64,000 nt of DNA from assembly GCA_036172245.1 (NCBI GenBank), contig JAYWIR010000004.1, positions 372,001 to 436,000 of the forward strand, given 5' to 3'. A program made the translations under genes and the position numbers. A model generated the notes under the pieces. That model made no database searches, was not told the DNA's origin, and saw only the letters and a list, made by a program, of their open reading frames with translations. Shown piece after piece: positions 1 to 10,834 of this stretch (position 1 is its first letter; each line of letters opens with the position of its first letter). Source of the stretch: Raillietiella orientalis. Its lineage: Eukaryota.

Positions 1-79
1 GGTGGAAAGGATCTGTGGTCGCGTGGACAGGGACCACAAGGGTCGGAAGGACCCTCTGAGAGGAAAGGGTGGACAGTAT

Positions 80-520
80 TAGCAAAGGTAGATGAAGAGC
101 ACTCTGAACCACAGGGATCTTTCCCTCTCCGACCTCTGGTCGCGCGCTTTACCCAGGAACGCCGCAACTCCGTCCGCGTTTCCTGGAAACCTATCCGAGT
201 TCTTCTTTGCCTTGTCTTTTTCAAAGAAACCTGCGAAACTCACTCGATCGGTGGACAATGTGGATGGTTTGTGGATCGAGGAGGGGGGGAACTCTTTTTC
301 CCGAGGAAAGGAAGGGACCTTGGCGCTGCGCTTTCGTGATCCCATGGAACCTGAGAGTCTCAGTAGACCCCGATGGGGGGATCCCTGGAGATTCCACTGA
401 TCTTATTGGGCTCCCTTGAAGCCTAGCGCGCCAACGGGTCACAACCTTTCCCTCTCGGAGGGCAGGGTAAGGGAGGGGGGGGGGGGAAGCGAGTCGCGTG
501 CGTCCTCGAGACACCTCTGC
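80..520 (-). mobile_element. Decayed DIRS tyrosine recombinase, catalytic-region remnant
   Basis: PPLPYPALREGKVVTRWRARLQG resembles DIRS PL..SL..LT.K..FLLAL.S.R. GVAAFLGKARDQRSERERSLWF resembles CPVRAL..YL.RT..R..LF. Frameshifted. Confidence 0.4.
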
Positions 521-631
521 CTTTCCCTCATTCCCGTATGGGGCTGGGGAGCAGCAGACCATTGGGCGGCAGGAGCTTCGAAGGACAGGAGCAGGGGAAG
601 GGGGGGGGGGGCGAATGCGTGATCCACAACC

Positions 632-1509
632 TCACCTGCTGGCCCGGATGCAGTTCTCTGGCCCCGCGCCGAACACACAGATGCCCCTCTCGCCGTCGAA
701 GGTCATCTGGAATGGGCACCTTATCCTGAACCCGTAGCTTCCGATGCACACGAAGAAGTATCGGCAGTTGCCCAGATCCTGGACGACCCGGGGGAAGAGC
801 GAGTCGTTGGGACACCTATTGGACGGTGCGAACAGGTACGGCGTCGTCGTCGTCTGTTGCGGCTGCCTGTTGTCCTCGGTGTTCAAGGAGACGGTTCCAT
901 TGACAGCCTTGGGCGGCGGAGTCGCGGAAGTGGCTGCCGCTGCCTTGGTGGTGGCGTTCGATGCCGTCGCGTTGCCCTCGCCGGGCGACGGAGTCGCGGA
1001 GGTGGCTGCCGCTGCCCTGGTGGTGGCGTTCGGTGCCGTCGCGTTGCCCTCGCCGGGCAACGGAGTCGCGGAGGTGGCTGCGCTGCTGCTGTTGCTCCGG
1101 GTGATGTTAGCATTCTTCTCGAGAGCGTCCTTGGTTCCGCTTTCGCCACTTCCAAGCAAAGGTGGGCCCAAGGGCTGCGTCTCCATGTAGGGGGGCGCCT
1201 TCTCCTGGAAGCGCTGCGGCGCCGACGGTGGCACGATTTCGTTGCTGCCCTCTGGCAGGCTGTTATCGTGCTTCCTCAGCTTGGTGGCGGCAAACGCGGC
1301 CTCATGTTGCAAGGCCGCCCCCACGAGCATCACCAGCCAGAACGTCCTTGAAAGTGGCAGAAGTCAGAGAAAGGAAGTAGCGTGGCCTTCCTCCTGCGCC
1401 CGCTCGTACGATGACCCAGGACACCTCCGCTGTTGCCCTTGTTCGTTCGCGCTCACCCCCACCGCTCTCCTTTCCAGGCGGATTGGTTGAGAGGAAAAGA
1501 GTGAGGCAT
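632..1509 (-). CDS. Secreted mucin-like protein with C-terminal peritrophin-A (CBM14/ChtBD2) chitin-binding domain, ~255 aa; exons 1509-1457 and 1346-632
   Basis: ORF 632-1333 ends in the six-cysteine pattern CPNDSLFP..GNCRYFFVC..GFRIRCPFQMTFDGERGICVF..ENC. It is preceded by a T/S/A/P-rich region with many N-x-T/S sequons. A hydrophobic signal-like segment TFWLVMLVGAAL..AFA follows a pyrimidine tract plus AG at 1347. A putative first exon (ATG at 1509, GG|gtgagc donor at 1456) keeps the frame. The first exon is less certain than the main exon. Confidence 0.85.
915..1082 (-). repeat. Coding tandem repeat, 72-bp (24-aa) unit, ~2.3 copies
   Basis: AATSATPLPGEGNATAPNATTRAA / AATSATPSPGEGNATASNATTKAA / AATSATPP. 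Units are nearly identical at the DNA level. Confidence 0.9.
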
Positions 1510-2199
1510 CGTCCCAGAAAGGACACCCCCTCCCTTTTTGAAAGATGCCTTCTAGCGGTACATCCACAGCGGCCATCCCAACTGTGGGCGTCCGGGGGGA
1601 TGAGCTGGAGAAACAGATTGCCTGAGGTTGACTGCGAAGTGCAGACATCTCGTGGAGGAAGCCGGGACGACGCCCTCCTCCTCCCTTCTCGCCTCTCGTG
1701 CTGCCACCGCCACTGTTGCCTCTTCGCGTGGTCGGCTGCAGAGGAGAACCGGGAGGTGCCCGGCCGGAAAAAGGGGTGCACATGCCTCCCGAGTCCTCAT
1801 CTCGGAACCACCATGAAGACTGTCACGAGGTGGACACAAATCGACTGCCGCAAAGGATCAGAAGGATCTTATGAGGCCCTAGGAGACCACCACCAACAGC
1901 ATCACTCTGAGAGGTGGTAAGAAACGACTCCCACCTTTCGAGTCACCAGACGGTAAAGAACCACCGTTACGTTGCTGGAAGGGTGGAACTTCAGTCGTTG
2001 GAAAGGATGGAAGAAGAGGTGGAAGGGGAAAATCAGGATTTCTGCGCCGTCCTCCTCCCTTCCCCCATCTTCTCTCCCCCTTTCAAGACAAGTAAGACAG
2101 ACTCTCCCCTTACAAGACAGAAAACAGATGATGCGCAGAAACAAATGGGAGCCAAAGAATTTCGTTTCCAAGAGACTGAATTTCTGGCCACATAGAGAA

Positions 2200-5100
2200 T
2201 TTTTCTTGCTCCCTACCGGTCCTCAGGCGACCACGAAGATGCACAAAGGAGGTTTCAACCCGAGGGTGGCCATCGCTAACCAGAGCGGAGATGCCAATAG
2301 GATTCTGTCAGGCCGATCGAGATGCCTGGGCGCCCGCTCTAGCAGGGAGGATGACCACCAGCGCATTCGACTCGTCCCCTGCGGCTCGGACCAGACGGCC
2401 GGCGGCGTCCCTTCTCCCGACGCGCGGCCTGCCCAAAGGGGGGATGCCGAGCGACCCTGCGAGAACCGTGCAGTTCGACCTTGGGAGGGGAAGGCGAGCG
2501 TCGCTCGATGCAGGTGGGCAGCGCGTCCGCGCCCCCAGGCCGCAGATGCTCGCCCGGCTTCCGAACCCGCCGGCGAGGTCCTCTGGAGCCGAAGCGCTCG
2601 AGCCACTTCCTGACGGAGGCGGTCCCATGCAATCCGAGAACCCTTTTTCCACCCACCCCTTCCCCTCATGGGCGATTCGGGAGTGCGCGAAGGAACCAGA
2701 GCGCCCCAGGATCAACCTACTGGGCCGCATCGAATCCGACCTCAGGGTGAGACCGGATCGCGAGGCCGGCTTCGCAGTGCCTCGCGATCCGGTCCGGATC
2801 TTGCCGTCGTCCCTGGCTGCTCGCAAGTCGCACACAGATTACCTCTCTTTCTAGGGCATTTCGTGAGCATTCACGAGCGCCAGTTCGCGGAGGGCCAAGT
2901 AGGGGTCAGTCGAATCGACACCGCCCCTATCTTTGGTTGCCTCCTCCCTCCCGAAGTGGATGAAAGAACACTCGGGATGGATGTCTCAGAAGGATGACCT
3001 CTGCGGCTCGACAATGGGCCGGATCGCGGCCCCTGCAGGCTGCCCCCGCCATGGGGTAGGGCAGTGCATGGGCGCCTCGACCTTGGTGATCCCCTGTCCT
3101 CTCCCCAGCGCTTGTTTTCGCTCGCAGTTGCCTCCCTTCCTTTCCCCCGCGACCCACCGCTTAGCCAACCTGCGAACTGGAGGAGTCCCGCGTAGGGCCG
3201 GGGCCCCTACGTCGCTGTCTGCTCGTTCTTGCCTGCCGTTCTTTAAGTGTCGCGACCCGGAGTGAGGCAGTTGCCGCAACTCCCTGCTCGCCCGGGTCTG
3301 TGGCTCCGATGAGATCGAAGAGCCTCCACCGAACATCCTTGCGGTCAACTGCCCGAGACTCCTGCCTTCTGGTCTCCGTCAGCAACAACGCGTCCCTCTG
3401 ACGGACACCACACTGTTTGGAACCACAAAGGATGACCCGAACACACGAGATGAGCCCAGAGCAAGCCTTCTATTTCCCTCTTTTGCCTCGGGGGCGACGA
3501 TCTCCCGCTGCGAGGGCGGGAGGCCGAAAATAGGAGTCCCTTGGAAGGGTGCGTAGGGGCAGGAGGATCGCTAACCCCAGGGAGTCCAACCGAAGGATGG
3601 AGGAGAGCGGGGAAACATCCTGGCTCCTTCAGACCGGCCTAAAGGACGTCGGACACTTCGTTTCCACTCCAAATTTCCCTCTCCCCTCCCCCCCGCCCCG
3701 GGAAGGAGGGAGAAATTCCGCGTGAGGGTCGTCTCCGGAAGACGACCCCTGCAGCGGAAGCAGCCGCTGCCCGCTGGTCCTCGCTCCGAGCCGAGATGAA
3801 AGCCGCGACGTCGGAGCCGGGAGGCGAGTCGGGAGGCACCCCAGCAGCTCACCCTCCTCCCGTCCCACGCGGGAGCATACCGCTTCCCCTGTTCCCCATT
3901 GGGCAGCAGCGCGACGAACCAGCAACACATGCACGCACACGCACACGCACGGCTTTACCTCATGCTTTGGCGGGAGGACACAACTCCGTGGCGCACGTCG
4001 CAGTGTCAATGGGGGGATCGGCGCGCACTGTGCCTCCCCAATGCACGAGTCATCGACCTCTCGTAGTTGCGAGTGACCTTTCGAACGGTACCCGCGCCCT
4101 ACTCTAAAATATGTCATCCCCGGAACTGTGCCTAACTGTTGATCGTGGATCGGGTGCTCCGGGAAAGTCCATTCGGCAGGTCCGGATGCATCGCCAAAAA
4201 AAAAAGGGGGGAACAAACAACCTGTTTGTTTGTGCGGCCGTCGGGGAGGAGGTGGGGAGAGGAGGGACGACTCCGCCCTTGCGTCGACCCGTCGAGCACT
4301 GGCATCCATCGCTCCGGATGTTTGCTCCGCCCGTTTTCTTCTTGTGGCTGCGGAGGCGGCGTCTTCCTCCTCACCCGTCGCCGTTCCTCCATGCTCGCGC
4401 AGCCAAGTCTCCGTGGTCAGTTCGAGATTGACTTCCGAAGACGGCTCGTCTGCCAGAGTCCGTACCTTCCGGAGATCCGTACTCACGTTGTTGTTCTGGT
4501 GGGAGCGGTTGCGGCCACCCCGAGGCATCAGGGGAGCGGCGACGAACGATCCCCCCTGTTGGGGAGAAGGGAGCGCCAAGGACCAAAGGGATATCTTTGG
4601 TCCTTGGAGCCTTTCCGAGGCGACCAGGGACCAGCCAGCCTGACATGGGACCAACGCCGTCCCAGAAGGATGCCACCTGGGGAGGAAGTGAACGGATATT
4701 CCCCGACGTGCACCGCGGGTCTGGTTCAAGAAGAAAGCACAGGTCGCTCCCCAGAACGAGTCCTCGACCAACAAGGGATGTGGAAGCTGCAGTCTCAAGG
4801 CTTGGGTCGAGGGAGCATGCGCGAAAACGCACCCAGTGTTTCGGTTTCCTCACGAGGGGCGAAGGGGATTGTGGACCACGAGAAACGAGCAAACGGGAAG
4901 GGTAGGAAGGTCTGCTCCTCTAGAGATCCCAATCTTTCTCGCGAGGCGTACAGAGTTCAGAGGGATGCCGCTAGGCGCCACTGCATCATAACGAACAGGC
5001 CACGGAGACGGCCGCCGTCCTTTCCATGGACACTCCCCTCACTCGTGATACTCTGCAAGCATCTTTGCAGCTCATCCGACCACTCACGTCGAGAAGCGCG

Positions 5101-6786
5101 TGGCGACACAAGGGCTGCAGGCAGCAAGGGCGGCGAGATGCAACTGTCAGTCCATCCCGGCCTGGAATCCTCCGCACCAGCGGCGCTCTCGTTACCACAT
5201 TCGGAGTTGGCAAGCTGGCGGCAAGCCCTGGAGATCCCACGATCGATCCTAAGGGATGTCGTCGCTCATCGTGGTGAGCTCTTCCCAGCAAACTCTCAGC
5301 CGGCTCCGTAAAGTAAAGAAGGAACCGGGAATCGGGCAAAGGTCGAGTGACCTTGGCAGCTTTTCGTCAAAGGGTTCGCACCCCTTGTTTATTGGCAGCT
5401 CTCGTTTCCTTTAATTGCACCACGGGACCCAGCTGCGGAGTGCGTGTCTGTGGTGAAGGCCATCGTATCCGGTGAAACGCACGCAGCCCCCGGGCAACCG
5501 TGCGAAGCTCCCTTCCTTTTCGACACTTGAACTGGTGGCGGCTTCAGAAGTCTTCCGTGACGTAAACAGATGAAAGGAAAGAGACAGTTGCCTAGGAAAC
5601 ATTCCCCTTCCACTCGCGATGCGAATTCCCTTACGACGTCTTCCTTGATCAAGATCTAGATCCAGAATTTTCTTTTTTTTCCGGGACGAGAAAGCTTCGC
5701 CTCCCAAACAAACCATGCCTGAAAACACTTGAGACGGTCCCCTGCCGGCTTGGTTTTAGGTCATCCCCACGGAATCGCAGGTCGCTTCCCCGTTTCCTTA
5801 CGGAAGGAGGCGCTGTGAAGTGTAGCAGAGCGTGTGATTCGCATGGGCTTCAAAGTGACGTCCAGGTGTTCCAGGTAGGCCCTTGATGGGAAGGACGGCG
5901 GAGATGGATGTCCTTGGCATGCATCATTTGGTCCCGCCTACAAATGTGACTTCAGGGAAAGCGCGATGGGGGACCTCTGTAGATGGTCCCAATCTCGTGA
6001 CCGAGAAAAAAATGAGATTTCTTTGCAAGCATCGCGGCGGACGGAAGGGACCTCCCACCTCCCTGAGGCAGCTGTTCAAAAACAGAGGTGCCAAGTACTC
6101 AGAACCATTCGCCCTGGGCTCACGAATCTCTTTAGCACTGTTCCTGACGCCGAGGAATAGGTGTGTCGAGGATTTCGAGTCTCCCGCCCCCTCCGGCAGG
6201 ATGACGCTAGCTGGTCTCGGTTGACTTTCGGTGCAGCAGCACTGGTGCAAACCGGAAACCGGATGCTCGCCCCCATTGACTGGCCGGGATTGGAAGTCGA
6301 CTTACCGAGGTCCTTCCAAGAACCAAGGAGCCCTTCGAAGTTCCCCTCCGGCTGTGAAAATATCCTTTCTCTCGGAGGAAGGGACCTCTGCCGCGTACCA
6401 TGTAGCTGGTTGATACTCCCCTCGGGGGTCGCCTCTTCAGAGTGTAAGAAGCGCGCCGCTCCCTTCGGGGAGGAACCCTTCAAAGAAATTGGGAAGCGTC
6501 CCGTCGGGGTTCTCTTCGAAGGAGAAGGGAACCAAGAGCGGTTCTCCTGCAGGTTCCCTCCGGAGAAGAAATTCCAGGAGCGGGTCCTTTCCGGGTTTCC
6601 CCTTTGGGGCAGGAATGAGAAGCGACTCCCTCTGGAGGTATCATCCGGAGAGAATAAGGAAAAGGTGTCTTCGGAGACAACGAGAGAGAGTTCCCTTCGA
6701 GGGAACGGATCCCTTCTTGGATTAACAGGGTGTCTCTCCGGAGTGAACCCCTAACTTGAAGAGTTACCCGCACCCTCGGGTGGCGT
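2200..6786 (-). mobile_element. Decayed DIRS-like retrotransposon (gag-like, RT, RNase H, methyltransferase-like, YR N-terminus)
   Basis: Motifs occur in DIRS order across frameshifts. RT (~4400-4850): CSLD..DCSFHIP, EYPFTS.PG, DLRKVRTL..EVNLE. RNase H (~3200-3480): EIEGLLWA, RHLKNGRQERADS. MT-like (~2890-2920): IRLTPTWPSANW, cf. LIAP.WP.QPW. YR N-terminus (~2240): ASPLWLAM..GLKPP. Confidence 0.6.
6147..6786 (+). repeat. Inverted duplication, copy 1 (~640 bp)
   Basis: Reverse complement of 10174-10831. ORFs 6161-6754(+) and 10236-10757(-) translate almost identically. Confidence 0.95.
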
Positions 6787-7699
6787 GGCAGCGTCGAAGA
6801 GCTTTGTGAGTCCTCCCTAAGGAGGCGAACGGTTCTCCAACACTCATCAAAAACAAAAAAAAAGGAAGAAAAAAAACAGCGGCACGTGATGACGATTTAT
6901 CACCGCAGATGACCCTCAGGAAGCTCGGCCTGGAGGCCCAATTCTGGCATGCCCTGCCCCGGGAGGGAAAATCTTGCACAGCGGTCGTGTGCGCATGACT
7001 TCGAAGCTCACCTGGAGTCGGGTCAGCTCCACTGCTCCCATCCCCAAATGTGAGAACCAGTGCTACGCAAGAAAAATGGCGTTCCACTGGAACACACACA
7101 GCTCTTTGGGGATCGCGGGCAAACCGCACACATCGTTGAGCTGGGTGAAGCCACGCGGCGCCACCCTGGGCGTCCTGACGCCCCGCCGTGCTTCGCATCA
7201 CTCGACAACGGCTGCAGCTGCCTAAACCGTTCTGAAGATTTGCAACTGGAAGTGGAATTGCGCTTCGTTTGTGGAGCCACGTACAGTGGTACTGTACGTA
7301 GGTGCACATGGCCAGCTGTTAATGTCCTTTGTTTTTTTACGGGCACGGATCTGCAAGCGACAAACTCCGTCTCTTGTAAGGTGCCATCTTAGAATGTGGC
7401 ACAAATACCAACTTGGAAAGGGCATCTCCGTATGAGGAAGAGCACCTGGGTGGTCACGCTAAATGCCAAGCACTTCGGTACAAAAAAAAAAAAAGGAAGG
7501 AAAATGGAAAAAAAGAAAATACGGGAAGCACTTTCGCGGCAACTCTGAGTGCTTCCTCGGAACGGAACCCAAAGAACAGCTTTTTAAAGCAGAAGGATGA
7601 AGACTCCGAACGTTTGTATGTACCTTTTCATGGATGCTGCAGCCGAGAGAAACCAGCAACGAGGATTTTCTACTCTGGAAAAAGATAAGCACGTCTCTG

Positions 7700-10170
7700 C
7701 TGAAATCTGGAGATCCCAAGAGGGATACTTACTGGTTACGTGTAGAAGGTTCCGACTCGGGTGAAATGGAGCATCACGTTCTGATTTTCAAAATGGAGTC
7801 ATTCCTGCTTGCCAGTTCCGCCTCTTCCTCGTCTCAAAATATAGATCCATGCCATTAGGAATTATTCCATTGAAAGATTGGAATTATTCCATTGAAAGAT
7901 TCCTCTGAAACTCAACAGATGAAAGGAGAACGGAGATCTTTGCTCCCCAGGGTAACTCAGAGTGCAAACTGTACCTCTGCGAATTTCTTTCTGTGGAGGT
8001 CGACACCAGAATGCCGCAGAGTGCCGGCATTCCGCCAATACTTCGGGTCCAGCAAAATTCATGAGGAGGAAGATAGGAGGGAGGCATTATTTGAGGGAGA
8101 CGAGGAGCAAGGTTCTCTCTTCCTGCTCCTCTCCCTTGGTTGCTACGTCACTTTCCTCGGGAAACGCAGTGTGAGCCAGGAAATTCCCAACTTCAGAAAC
8201 CTCTCCACTCTGAACCTGACGGATTGTCGCGGGTCTTGCACGATCGGGAACGCATGAGACACGCACGGCTTGGATACTGACAAAAGGTTGACGTTTCGTG
8301 ACGAAGAAGAAAACACAAGCTCTCCATCCTCCCCTGATTCGCGTCACCAGATTCCTGATCCAAAAAAACTACTGGCCTCTCCACCTTCCTAAGCAACAAC
8401 CCGGAGGGTCTTTTTTTCTTTTTATATTATTTTATTTTTTGGTCTATTTAATGGCGTGCCACGTCTGTCTCTCCTGTGATTGGATTCAGTCGCTCCAAGT
8501 CGAACCCCGGAAGTTCTTCTGGAACATGGCTCAGAGGAAAACTGGAGCTGGATGGAAAGGAGGTTCTGATACGTAAGCATCAAGAGAGAGAGCTGAAAGA
8601 GGCTCTGTGATCGGAATAAACAAAGAGCTGGAGTAAAGGCAAGAAAGAGTAGGTGCTGGAGTACGGTCTGCGGGGACTGAAATACGGGGTGAAGTACGAA
8701 ACGCGAAGCACCAATCTTGCGACTGGATTGGAGGGGGGAACACGGGAAAAGAAAAAAAACGAAAAATGCACTTTCGAAAATTTGCCGAGCCGTCCCCCGT
8801 TTACCTCGGAAGCTCGGAACAGCCGCGCGAGCGCCACTTGGACTGACGGTTGCCGCATTGAAGAACACGAGACCGAAGCAAAGATTTCGAGCGCTGTCCG
8901 TGAGTAGACCAAGGAATCTGAGCTAAACAGCAACAAAATTTTTTCTATCTCCAGTCTCAGATGCCCATTTGACCTGCTCTTCTACGGCACCAGTAGCGAT
9001 TTCGTGAAGATGCAAGTTGTTCCCTCTCGCTTCTGACTTGAACGCTACTTCATCTGCAATAGGGGCTGCAGTCCTGCTGCTCATCTGATGACAAATTGTG
9101 CTGGATGTTCATCAGCTCCCTCGAAGTGTGGAGCCAACTTGGAGACCTCGGATGCAGCACAAGGGACTTCGACTGCGCCATCCTTCGACTGCGGGAGCGC
9201 GGTAGCATGATGAAGAAGCTTTGGAAATGGAATTCTTTTGTGCTGATGCAATTCTTCTCTCAGCATTCAGATTCCTGTGAGAGTAACACGGGGACATCCG
9301 CGAGCCTGATAGTCCCGTTTCTATCCAGATCTTTGTTCGATTCTCGTTCGCTGGCGCACTTGTGAATAGCGACCGCTCTCGCAAAGAGGATGTGCGGATG
9401 GGGCAAGCAGCGAAGGCGAAGCGAGCTCCTTGTTGCCTCGCTACGAGAGGTTGGCATCTCACCTGCACTCATGCTTGCACAGAGATGAGAAAACCCTCTT
9501 GGTGCATTCCTTGAGCTGCGGTTTTCGTTTCTTTGTTTTTTTGCGCGGCTGGAGATCCACTCCGAAGACTGCTCGTGATTCGCGGTTCTTGCCTATTCAC
9601 TTCCGTCATGGGACCGACGATTCGAAGAGGTCCTCAGAGCTGCAGACGATATTGGGTAATTCAAAGCCATGGATGATGGAATCTTGATCCATCCTCGCTG
9701 ATTTTCACATCCTTTCACAACTTTTTTTCAGGTTTTCGATGAATGACGCAACGACTCGTTGCATCGCCCTACGGGGGTGTCGGAGCGGCTCCAGAACTCC
9801 AACATGAAGGGGTTCACGAAATACTCTCATTGTCACACATCCGAGGTGCTTGTGAAGCGAGGATCCTGAAGGGACACTCCCTATCCCCGGCTGGGCAAAC
9901 ATCAGGCCGCGGAAGCGAGCCCACCCTACCGATGCACATCCGAAGCCGGAGCCATCCCAGAGTCATCTCCCGATGGAACCCAAAACTCACGGCGCAACCA
10001 AACTTCGCGGGGGGGAAGGGGACATTCGTAGCCGCGTCGCCTGATGCCGCTCGCAGGCGCACTGACCACACGATCCTCAACGAGAGCGTAATCCCTCTCT
10101 TTTCCGAAGAGCTCGTGACCGAGAGGGAACTTGCCGAGACTTCTGTGCCCAGTTCGCGTGAAATCCTGTT
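7700..10170 (-). mobile_element. Decayed DIRS-like RT/RNase H/MT region
   Basis: RAMQRVVASFIENLKKS (RT, ~9720-9770); HLRLEIEKILL followed by TDS (RNase H HIN.LE..TDN-like, ~8890-8970); YFSPRRP, LDAY and FPLSHVP (MT-like, ~8520-8690). Confidence 0.45.
7858..7901 (+). repeat. Perfect 22-bp tandem duplication
   Basis: ggaattattccattgaaagatt x2. Confidence 0.95.
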
Positions 10171-10173
10171 CCT

Positions 10174-10831
10174 ACGCCACCCGAGGGTGCTTGTAACTCT
10201 TCAAGTTAGGGAGCGATCCCGGAGAAACCACCGTATTAATCCAGGAAGGTTCCGGAGGAAAAGTCCGTTCCTCTTGCGCTTTCGGAGAAAGCCCCTAAGG
10301 GAACCACCTCTTCCTTATTCTCTCCGGGGGATACCTCCAGAGGGAGTCGCTTCTCATTCCTTCCCCAAAGGGGGAACCCGGAAAGGACCCGCTCCTGGAA
10401 TTTCTTCTCCGGAGGGAACCTGCAGGAGAACCGCTCTTGGTTCCCTTCTCCTTCGAAGAGAACCCCGACGGGACGCTTCCCAATTTCTTTGAAGGGTTCC
10501 TCCCCGAAGGGAGCGGCGCGCTTCTTACACTCTGAAGAGGCGACCCCCGAGGGGAGTATCAACCAGCTACATGGTACGCGGCAGAAGTCCCTTCCTCCGA
10601 GAGAAAGGACGGCTCTATTTTCACAGCCGGAGGGGAACTTCGAAGGGCTCCTTGGTTCTTGGAAGGACCTCGGTAAGTCGACTTCCAATCCAGGCCAGTC
10701 AATGGGGGTGAGCATCCAGTTTCCGGCTTGCACCAGCGCTGCTGCACCGAAAGTCAACCGAGACCAGCTAGCGTCATCCTACCGGAGGGGGCGGGAGACT
10801 CGAAATCCACGACACACCTATTCCTCGGCGT
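10174..10831 (-). repeat. Inverted duplication, copy 2 (~658 bp)
   Basis: Matches 6147-6786 in reverse, with a 9-bp indel (CENILSL vs CENRAVLSL) and more divergence toward the inner end. Confidence 0.95.
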
Positions 10832-10834
10832 GGA

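Noticed and set aside
915..1082. CRISPR-like array
   Set aside because: A coding tandem repeat without unique spacers, in a eukaryotic context with no cas genes.
3629..5311. Longest ORFs in the track (389 aa minus, 390 aa plus)
   Set aside because: No coherent domain. They are GC-rich stop-poor frames drifting in and out of a frameshifted DIRS RT fossil or its antisense strand.
6147..10831. Intact TIR DNA transposon or complete DIRS with inverted terminal repeats
   Set aside because: No transposase, no evident target-site duplication, and the arms are much younger than the interior.
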